DNA of 64,000 nucleotides from Azolla caroliniana (Eukaryota; Plantae; Polypodiophyta): NCBI GenBank assembly GCA_043228905.1, contig JBHGNT010000002.1, positions 25,482,001 to 25,546,000 of the forward strand, read 5' to 3'. Shown piece by piece: positions 35,534 to 46,240 of this stretch (position 1 is its first letter; each line of letters starts with the position of its first letter). The notes under the pieces were generated by a model. It saw only the letters and a program-made list of their open reading frames with translations, ran no database searches and was not told where the DNA came from. The position numbers and the translations under genes were made by a program.

Positions 35534-38500
35534 TTTTCTAGCATATCCAATGTCCATAGTCTCCTCCAAAACGACTTCAAATCGTCGTCTGAAATGCTTT
35601 ATCCTTCCAGCTGTTGCGAATCATTCCAGCATCCACGGTTTTGGAGCCAACGATTCGTCTTCCTAGCTTGGTATTGTATTCAAAAAACTTTTTCAAGTTT
35701 TTTGTTCCTGGTGTCTGCCACCAAACCTCCAATGGGTCCCACTCCAAATCATATAAGGGCTTATTATCGTAAAGCCATATTTTACACTCATGATCCAGTG
35801 TCTTAGGGTATGGGTTCAATTGCCACCACTTACCCTCCAACACTGCCACCCGCATTGCCATCCACCTACCATCATCTGTCAAAGAACTTCGGTTACCCCA
35901 CAAACGATCCTTGCTAGTTGAGCACCTACCACGGATAAGTTGTGCGTCACCCTCACCTACAAACCAGTCCGACCAAATTGTCTCTTCCACATGCAACTTA
36001 TCCAATCCATCAACAACCCCATTTATCAGTTGGGTTACCTTCGCTAGTCTTCCAGTAATCCTACAATTAACAGTCTGACTCGCCTACCTCTTCATGCTGA
36101 AAACCTCCCAATCGTGTACCGACCGAATCTTGTACCCTAGCATCTTCCCCCAAGGCAATTACTTTTGTTGTCCAAGCATCTTACCATCTTCACTTCTAAT
36201 CCTAGGGTTCCAAAACAACAGTTGTCATATCTGTTCATCCAATGTTTTCGGTTGCATTAAGACTAACCCTTCTCTTAAACTTGACCATGCCTTTATTATG
36301 GCGCGAACCACTCTATCCTCCATGCTCGCCGGTTCTTTCAACTTTAGAGCTGGGCTGAACAACCACCATGTATTTGCCTGCCAAGGACCACCATTTCTGG
36401 GACACCAAAGGTAAACTCTATTCCTAAGGAGCACCTTCCACAATTCTGGTCCGGGTTGCAAACTTCGCACTAAAAGCTTACCAAGTAGAGCCTTACTTTG
36501 GTGAACCGGATCCACTAGTCCAAGTCCTCCCTCATTCTTTGTCTTAACTAAACAACCCCACGCCACTTTAGCTGATGCCTTTTCATTGTCTCTACCCGAC
36601 CACAAGAAGCCTCTCGCCATTGCCTTAATATTTTTTATGCAGGCTTTGTCTAACATCCAACATGCCACTGAATGCCACATGGTGGCCAACAAAATATGGT
36701 TCACCACCACAACCCTACCAGCAAGGGAGAGCTTTACTTATGCCCACAACTGAAGCTTTTTTCTAATTTTGTCTTTGACCTGCTCAAGCTGCTGATTTTT
36801 TGGTGTCTCAACTCCCACCAAAAAGCCCAAATACTTAACAACCATGCCATTGGGGACCCATTGAAAATCAACGTTGGGACACCATAACGGTCATGGGTTT
36901 GAACTTACCCAGAATCCTCTACTTTTGTTCCAGTTAATTTCCCCCCCTGATGCATTGCAAAACCACTCAATCCGTCCTTCCGCCTTTTGTAAATTAGCAT
37001 CATTCCCTTGCAAGTAAAGCATAGTGTCGTCTGCATACTCAGAGTTCAGCAACTCCTTACTCGCATGTGGGATAGCCAAACCTCTTATTCTTGCATCCGA
37101 TCTGTTCAAAAAGAACGATAATGCTTCTGTAATAAATAAATAAAGATAGGGGGCCAGCGGGCACCCCTGTCTAACAGACCTACGTAATGGAATCGATGGG
37201 CCACGATGCCCTGTCACTAACACCCTACTCGAACTTCCTTTGTAAAGGGCTAGCGCAGCTGATCGCCATTTTAAGGTAGACCCAACCTTTCCATGACTTT
37301 ACCTAAAAAAGGCCACTGAACTCTGTCATATGCCTTCTCAAAGTCAAGCATGAGACATGCAATGTGCTGATTGGTTTTCTTTGCCAAGGCAATCGCCTCC
37401 CAAAATGTCAGCACATTATCAATTATGCATCTGTTTTCCATGAACCCTGTTTGTCCAACATGGATTAGTTCATGCAGGTAGGGTTTTACCCTCTTGGTTA
37501 GTATATTAGCAAATATCTTATATATTGTGTTTAGCAGCGTGATGGGTCTCCATTGCCTTGCATCAGTTGTTACACCTTGTACCTTAAGGATTAGAAATAT
37601 CATCCCCTCTTGAAATTGCTCAGGTAAGTACCCAACATCCCATGCCTCCTTTAGCCCATCAACCAAATATGCCTTGATTACGTCCCAAAAATTTTCGAAT
37701 AAATCTCTTGATAACCCATCGGAGCTTGGGCAAGACGTTCTACAAATACTTGCCAAAGCATCATCCACCACCTCCTCCAAGAGAGGCCTCACCAAATTAG
37801 CTTGTGCCGCATCTGAAATTTTATGTTGCATTCCCTCAAGCAAATATTCTATCATAGCTGCAGGTTGTTCGGGGTTATTGTAACTATCCGAAAGCAACTC
37901 ATGATAGTGTGAGGTGACCGCCTCCAAGATCTCTGAAATATCCTCCGAGATAGAGCCATCTTCCTTAACCAACTTCGGATTGTAGGTGGCTTCTTAGCCA
38001 TAAGGCGGTACTTGTAGGCGAGTGGTTGAGCTCCCGTGGTGGTGAGGCTAGTTGTAAGTTATGTGGACAGGCTTTGGAATCAATCTCTCACTGTTTTTGG
38101 AATTGTACAGAGGCGATTAGCATTTGGAGTAGAAGCCTTCGAATCGTGGCAGCCTATGGTGTGAAAGGGAACGTTGTGTGGGGCTCAATACAAGGGTTGT
38201 CCTTAAAAGGGGAAAGCTGGGGTGAATAGTTAAACCCACAAGGACATGGATTTATAGTGCAAGGCGGTGGCGTGTTCCAATGCGATGGGGTGAGACCAGG
38301 CACAAATTTTGAAAATTTTGAGGAGATTTGGCTTATGGTGGCCTGTTTGACGGCCTGGCACATCTGGATCAGGTGTTGTAAGGTTGTTTTTCAGCAGCAA
38401 AAGATCTCATGCGGGGAGATGATGTTAAATATCTGGTTTGATCTTGTGGCTTGGTTGCGCAGTTGGTATGATTCGATTCAAGGGGATTAAGAAGAAGCAG

Positions 38501-38884
38501 AAAGGGCAAGGTCAAAGTTCTTGCTGAAATGGAGTAGCTCTCCCATGCTAGTCAAATCTTCATCCAGGCCTAAGTGGAATTACCAAGCACCTAGGTGGTT
38601 GTTTCCACTGATGGCTCCCAATATTGTACATGGGTTGTAATTATGTATGTATAGCTGACACAAACGTGCGTTAGGGAGTTGTAGAGTCAGGGTAAAATAG
38701 GGTTTAATTCAATTTTGCTTGAGTTAAGGACCGGTTGAGTTTTTTTTTGCTGTTTTTGGTTGATAGTTTTGGAGTTGTTTCTCCAAGTTGTATATGTTGA
38801 TCCCATTGTGGATTTGGATAAACTTTTTTGTATTCTATTTGCTAACTAATGCGAAGTAGTGGTTTTTTTGGAAAAATAAAATAA
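35534..38884 (+). mobile_element. L1-like LINE insertion with 5' inversion: RT segment 35534-~37990 on minus strand, 3' segment ~37990-38884 on plus strand
   Basis: 16-bp TSD AATTGGAGTTCATGTT at 35518-35533 and 38885-38900; RT motifs ([21 protein letters not shown]) on minus; zf-RVT (CKLC..ESISHCFWNC) and A-rich tail on plus. Confidence 0.92.
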
Positions 38885-39943
38885 AATTGGAGTTCATGTT
38901 ATGTATCTTTACAACATACTAAATTTTGATAGAATAGAAGATGCAATCTTCTTGTTGAAAGAAATTCCATATAGAAAATAATGAAGTTCTCCAGTACGTG
39001 TCATAACAAACAATGCATTGTTGAGAAAAATAATTTTACTAATATGCACATGATCAACATCACTATCCGCAAGTATAATGTCAGGATTCCACACACACAC
39101 ACAAACAAACAAATGTGTCCCTTTTTCAAATGGTAAAAAGTTGGATCATATGCAAGTAGCAAAACCCAAAGACACTTCACCTTTTATTTTGAGTGATTTT
39201 GAGCATTATTTGTGGGTTTTTACCTCATTTTAAGTTTTCTCGTGCAATAATATATGTTTTGCTATTATATGTATACTTCCTTGATTAGAACTTCTCCATG
39301 GCAACCTCCTGTTGTACTACATACTTTATTCTACAAGCACACACAATTGTATGACAGTTAAATCATAGCTAATTCCCTTATGTCGTGGATGGCCTTTTTC
39401 CACCAATCATGCTATGTAAATACCGGTTATCCAAAGTACCATATGTAGAATATTTATTACAAAACATTAACTTATGATCAATTATAGTTGCATTTGGAGG
39501 TGCATCATCTAGAGTACCATGTTGTGAACTTTACCGTAAGTTTTGCAAATAATGTGGAACCCAACTTTTAAGGGAATTTTCGACAGAAATACACCATCAT
39601 AGAATATATGTGGAATCCTCAAGTAGAAGAAATATTAACATAAGCACAACGGCATACTAAAAGTGCAATGAAAACCCTACAGAGGAGCATTTCAATAACA
39701 TAAACCATAATTATAATAAAAATAACATGTTATTAATTGATAATGGAACGAAAGGATGGATTTGAACAACCAAATCTAGACCACATAGAGGAGGTCCAAA
39801 GCTATAATGTGTCATTGGTCAAAAAATGTCATTAAAGCTATTTCATATAAGCATATATTATGTCTCCCTCAATCCTCGTTGTAACATTTTCCAATTCAAG
39901 GAATGGCTCCCTATACTCAAAATTGAACCCATTGTATTTTTAA

Positions 39944-40255
39944 GGGAAAAGTACCAGGATACCCCTAGAAGTTCATCTATTTACCAAAATGCCCCTGAAG
40001 TTCCAAATTTACCACACTACCCCTATGTCCAAAAAACTACACTTTATACAGTAATTATACACTCAAATCTTTGGTAAATAGGGTTAGTTCAGGTCCATTT
40101 CTTCCATCTTTGGTAAATAGAGGTTGTAAATTTGAGTGTATAATTACTTTATAAAGTGTAGTTTTTTGGACATAGGGGTAGTTTGGTAAATTTGGAACTT
40201 CCAGGGGCATTCTGGTAAATAGACGAACTTCGAGGGGTATCTTGGTACTTTTCCC
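39944..40255. mobile_element. Mutator-like (MULE) non-autonomous foldback element / MITE, 312 bp
   Basis: ~125-bp terminal inverted repeats starting GGGAAAAGTACCA..ATACCCCT; perfect 9-bp TSD TATTTTTAA at 39935-39943 and 40256-40264. Confidence 0.93.
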
Positions 40256-40832
40256 TATTTTTAAAGTCATAAATATGTAGAAGTCTTAGGACATCAACAA
40301 GAAGTATGTAACAATGAAATATAATAGAGAACACTCTATACTCCTGAGTCCTTACAGCCAAGCTTAAAGAAATTCCTTTGTCCAATCAATGTTCTCTAAA
40401 TTATCATCTTGCGAGGCTACGATCTTCTCTAAGGCGTGAAATATTTTGTTGATCTATTACGCAAATACCTCGATAAGTCTTAGTCACCATTTAACCAACA
40501 TGTCCACCCTACATGATATGCTAGAATTAACGTCGTACATAACATTGTAAGGTAGGTCGAGGAACTGGTCATCAACAAAATGATTTTGATCCCTAGCATG
40601 TTAAGAAACTATGGAAGCATTTATTAGATCCTAGCTCAATGTAGATGTAGGTATTACAATTTATTGAAACAATTTTATACTCCACAATGACCATGTTACA
40701 TGTATAATGAATGACATCATATTCGTGATTCTCAAAGCAATGGTTTTGTGCACCCATTTTGGCTATTAATATCATTTTTATTGATTGGACTATTATACTC
40801 TCGTAACAATCAACAAGAATTTTGTCCATTAT

Positions 40833-41476
40833 ACTACACCAATCCATTGTTTGGAAGAAGACAAGGTTTGGTCTATTATATTTTCTTTAGTAGTTTGGAT
40901 GTTATGGAAGGCAAGATGTAAGTGTGTATTTTAGAATGTCAAACCGAATGCGGTTGAGTTAGTCAAGGAGATATGGTTGATGCTCTTGCATACTCTAAGA
41001 GGTCAATATGATGCAATACATGGTGAGCCTGATGTTGTGTTTCACAAGCAACAACAATTTCGCAAAATTTGGAAAAAGGTACGCTCCACCAAGATGGCTT
41101 TTTCTGCCCCCTGTCTTGAAAAGACCTTGCATGAGGGTTTCCACTACTACACATGTTGATTCATGTGGGTAGGGTTTAGGTCAATATGAAGCAATACATG
41201 GTGAGCCTGATGTTGTGTTTCGCAAGCAACAACAATTTCGCGAAATTTGGAAAAAGGCAGAGGTCTTCACCTATTTTGGGGACAAAATAAAACGGAGATA
41301 CGCTCCACCAAGATGGCTTTTTCCGCCCCCTGTCTTGAAAAGACCTTGCATGAGGGTTTCCACTACTACACATGTTGATTCATGTGGGTAGGAGGGTTGT
41401 AATAGATTGTATGGATACTTGTAGCCTTTGGGCATCTTTTCATTAATACCACGGTGAATCTTGACTTTAAAAAAAA
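40833..41476 (+). mobile_element. 5'-truncated LINE 3' end (same family as the ABCG-intron LINE) with internal duplication
   Basis: [17 protein letters not shown] as at 4188-4400; poly(A) tail; 18-bp TSD AAGAATTTTGTCCATTAT at 40815-40832 and 41477-41494. Confidence 0.9.
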
Positions 41477-42679
41477 AAGAATTTTGTCCATTATGTCAAT
41501 CATGCCCCCACACTTGGGGGGTACACAAGATACAATCCACTCAAGGCCTAGTTGTATTATTTGGCACCTAGTGCATCTAGTATCACTGTATTATCACGTG
41601 ATTCAATGAGTAGTTTAAAGCTCTATTTGTATAGATCTTTGAAGAATTTAACTTGCCCTTTTTCCATCCAACTTGTATCAATACTCAAGCCTATCACAAA
41701 GTAATGATTACAAATATTCATTTTCTATTCTGTAATCTTTTCTTGTGGATACTTCCATCATATTTAGTCTATGCTTATATTCTCCATACACCATAAGGTC
41801 AAAGTTAGAAGACATTGTCACAGTTGGGAACACAAACGTGTGGGTAAAGGAGGAAGAGACCTTTAGGACCACAATGACCAATCCAATATAAACCATTATA
41901 ACATTCCCCTTCGACCTAGTGATGACGGCATGGCACACGTGTATAATTTGCTTGCACTCTGATATTCCCAAGGCTGGTTATTAATCAAGACTAGTCACCG
42001 TTTACGCATAGCGAAAAATGATATATCCAAGTCAATCTCACCTACCCATTACTCTATTCCCTAAGAAGTTTATGGAGCCTTGGGGCCATATGCATATAAT
42101 GCCCCTTTCTATGAGAGAGGTTTACTTGCTTGTTGGTTGTTGTTGATGTGGCTCTTGGTCATTGCTAGAGTGGAATAAGACTTGTTGCTTTGTTATGATT
42201 TCTCTTGTGGGAAATGAAAAAGATGGTGACTATTTCCAGAGGCACCCACTCTAAGGAGCTCCAATGTGGCTATAACTTGTAGGTAGAGAGGGTACACATA
42301 GGCATAGTGGCAATCAACTTGTGAAATGGCCCAGAAAAAAGAAACTTATTTAAAAAACTAAGGCATTCAAACAAAACCGTGTTAAAATTGTGAAGTGGTG
42401 TTACAAGACACCATAAACAATGTATGTATAAAGCCGCGACATAAGGTAAAGCAAATGGAGATATGAAGTAGATTACCAAGTAGAACCATGTAAAATATTG
42501 TGGCAAATATACATGTCAAACTTTGAAATGCTATTTCATGTAATAACACTCTCAAGAGTATTTTACATGATCTTATAAGTATTAAGATACAAAACAACAA
42601 ATGTTATTTTATTAATGATGATGCATTAAAGCAACATTTATTCTATCTCACTCGTACACTCAAAGATCATAATCGACAT

Positions 42680-43093
42680 TTAGAGAGAGACGCAAATGCT
42701 AACGAGTGGAAGGCAAGGGAAGAGGTTGAGCACAACAGAGACAAGTGAGCGGGAACTTCCATAGATGTCGATAGTACCTTGAGCTTTCCCCTTCACACAA
42801 GCGACAACAGACTCATCAGTGAGGGTGAAGGGGCCTTGTTGGTGCCCGGTATCAGCATTCTTAAAGTAACAATGTTGGTATTGCTTGGGCAACTCAATGG
42901 ATGCACCAACATCGACCTCGATGGTGATGCTCACATCGATGGTCGGAACAATGAGGACCTTGTTTCCCGACGTGTTCTTGACGGTGCAACTCGCATCGAC
43001 ATAAGTTGTGGCACACACTAGTAATAATATGAACATAGTTACAAATCCAGGGATGATGGGGTGGGAGCTCATGTTATTAAGGTGCATGGCCAT
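42680..43093 (-). CDS. Small putative secreted protein of unknown family (~137 aa)
   Basis: Intact, locally GC-richer ORF; hydrophobic signal peptide FVTMFILLLVCATTYVDA|SC; TATA box upstream; probable 5'-UTR intron with acceptor TTCTAG at ~43099 and first ATG at 43093. Confidence 0.72.
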   Translation of the reverse strand: MAMHLNNMSSHPIIPGFVTMFILLLVCATTYVDASCTVKNTSGNKVLIVPTIDVSITIEVDVGASIELPKQYQHCYFKNADTGHQQGPFTLTDESVVACVKGKAQGTIDIYGSSRSLVSVVLNLFPCLPLVSICVSL

Positions 43094-43233
43094 AATCACT
43101 AGAAGAGAGAAGAGCAAGAGAAGGTATTACTAATGAGAAAGTATAGTTATAGAAGATGGTGCTAATTATATCTCTAATATAACCTTAGACTTTTAAATTC
43201 TTGGGTGTGAAGATTGATGTGAGGTTGGGAGAG

Positions 43234-43241
43234 TATTTATA
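43234..43241 (-). promoter_or_regulatory. TATA box of the small secreted-protein gene
   Basis: CACTATAAATACTCTC on the minus strand ~140 bp upstream of the ATG. Confidence 0.6.
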
Positions 43242-46240
43242 GTGATTGTGCTAGTAGGAGGATTAAGGTTCACTCTACAAAAATCAATATTTTGTCACTG
43301 TGGCATGCCACTAGTATTTAACTAGATTGAATATGTCATAGGTTTATGTGAATTCTTTTACACGAGTAAGATTCTCCATGTACGAATTTTGGATTCTTTC
43401 TTCTCTCCTCCCCAAGGATTTTGTTATTTAATAGATATTCTTTGCATCCATGCACTTAGCCGGCCAAAACGCGTTGCAACCATGTAGGTGGCCAAAACTT
43501 GCTTGATGTAGCGATCAATACGAGGCAAACAGTTTTTTCTCGTAGAGTGAACACATAAAATCCAAGTGGCATGAAAAGTAGCATGCTATTATTAATTTTA
43601 CACTGAATCTTTTGATTTTCCATAACACTAGAAAAAGATAGGTTTCAATAGATACAAAAGTTGTGTGTGATGGGCCCTAATTTCCAACAAGGGATTGTAA
43701 ACACTGTATATGCTAGACAAATGTTACAACATGAATAAGAGGTTGTTATAGTAACTATGAATTCAACATTCCACGAGTGTGGAGAATGATATATAGTAAA
43801 AGTTACAATGTCATGATGAAATATAAGGTTGCGACAAATTTTTAAAACTTGAGGGATCGATGATTGGGATTACCAGTGAGACAAATCGTTTATATAAATG
43901 TTTGTAGTGTAAAGTCTCCTTATTACATAAGCTACAAGCAATAATCATATTGTGAAAGACTTTATGTTGTGATCAACATGGACTACCGTCCATGTTTGCC
44001 ACTCTTCAATATAATCATACTTCCAACTTATTATTCCCCAGTAAACTGCTACAATCTAATTCTTCCCCAATAAACTAACAAATCTCTAATGCAATAAATC
44101 CTTTTTCATAGAATATCTCTACGAGACCCTACAATATTGTTTATTGTGTTGTGTCAACACAACCCACTCTTTGTAACTTCCATTACATCTCATGTCTTCT
44201 TGTATTAAACCCCTCCATGCCACTCTTAGACAACCCTCGAGCTACAATTGGTGTGGTATGGAAAGATAAAATTCTCAAGCTAGTTTGTGTGTTCGAGAAG
44301 TAGTAATCAAACAGAAAATATAATCATCGATAATGAATGAGTCTGTGTTGTTCAACTTCCAATATTCATGCTTACCGCTTTTATGTACATGATATAACCA
44401 AGTTATTATTGATTACTAGGAAGCAACCTAAAAATCTTTTGAAGGGATGATGAATCAAAATAGTTTGCAACATCACACACACATTCAAAGACCTTATCTC
44501 CTTATCATGACAAGTATTCATTGCTAAAACGCAATTCAACAAGTTGCATAAAGTTTTCTCATGTTCACATGAATTGCGAGAAACCATTTAGGATCATATG
44601 TGTTAAAGTCTTGATAACTCTTTGTGAATAATTTGCAAACAAATATTCAGAGTATTAGATAGGTAGCACACTGAATAAACCTCTTATATCCACTCCCTTT
44701 TCATGTGTAGTTGTTTCTATTGCCCTTAGATGCTTCCAAATGAATTTGTGTCCCACACTTTATCTTGCAAAATGTTCTTTTTTTCTCCCCTCTAAACTTA
44801 ATTTTGACACATTGACATGCCATGGTTCTTGTTTATCTATTTTTACCCCCCTTTCAAATGTTCCTAAATGAAATCATCCAATGACTTATTTCATGTGGGC
44901 CTCTCCTTTGTTCCACATCTTATCTTCTATTGTATACTATCTCATGTTGTATCAAGCTTGGTAATGACACATTGACCACCCTATGCGTTTACTCATGCAT
45001 TTCCACCTCTTTTTGATGTACGTAGATCACATTGTCCTACATTTTGTTTCATATAAGCCTCTCCTTTGTTACACATTTTGTATTGTACCACATCTTATCT
45101 TCTACCATGTATCCATATTATTGGATTAATCTCATTAGTGGCACATCGCCATGCCCCCACACCTATTTCCACTCTTCTAGATTATTGTAAATGAAAGTGT
45201 CCCACATGTTATTTCTTATGGGCCTCTTCTTTGTTCCACATCTTACATTATAGGCTCCGCCATTTATATGCAAGGTATATTGTATTGTAAATTTTTCAAT
45301 GGTAAATTTCCACGTTCATTGTTAAAGCATTGTTCTCATTCTACAATTATTAACAAGATGTATTTCCACATATCGTATGAATAAAACTATCTAGTACTTC
45401 TAGTATAGTCCAATTTTGGAGCCCACTCTAAATAATTGTTGTAGATTCGAGATCTCTCTTTTATAGTGCATGATTTGCCATATGTTGTTGTAAAATTAGA
45501 CTCATCCAAAGGTATAGCTTGTTGGCAAAAACTCGTTATTATATGGGAACATATGAATTGCACACATGAAACACTTAATCTTAACTAAATGAAGTACATC
45601 ATCACCACATGCCATATCCTAGGTTAGGATAATTTGGTTTGGCCAAGCGATTAGTTTAAGAGAATAATCTTGATTCCTAGCACTTATTGTATAATTAGGG
45701 TTTCAACGAAGAATAAATTACAAGCCTATTGTTAGCGGTAAATGGAATTTCTTCTGGTATTGCAATTAATGGATGTCAAATAGGGATGGCACTCTTTTGC
45801 AACTATTACCATACTCAATATAATGCTTCTTTTCACGAGCCTCACCAAATAAGAGAAATTACACCCTAACAACAATCAACATAGTTTTATACAACAATAA
45901 AAGCATGCAATTTTGGTTACATTTCTTAAAACTTCCATATTAACAAGAATATTACTCCATGAGTTGATATGAATGAGACTCTATTATTGTATTTACATGA
46001 GCAGAAAGAGATATTGTCGCTTTTAATTCTAAAGGACAAATGATATTATGTTGCATAGCTCATGTGAACATTGTGAGCCAAGATTGAGCAAAGGGGCTCA
46101 AGAGCACCAATGAATGGTGTATTTATACATTTTGACAAACGAAACTAAACATCGTGTGTTATGGATAATATATGTATAGTTATTCATTTATTTCAATATT
46201 GAAGGAGCATTGCAAGGGTCTATGATATTGTTAATGTAGT

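Noticed and set aside
39826-40385. Similar peptides on both strands (REKYQDTPRSSSIYQNAP)
   Set aside because: Consequence of the MITE inverted repeats, not genes
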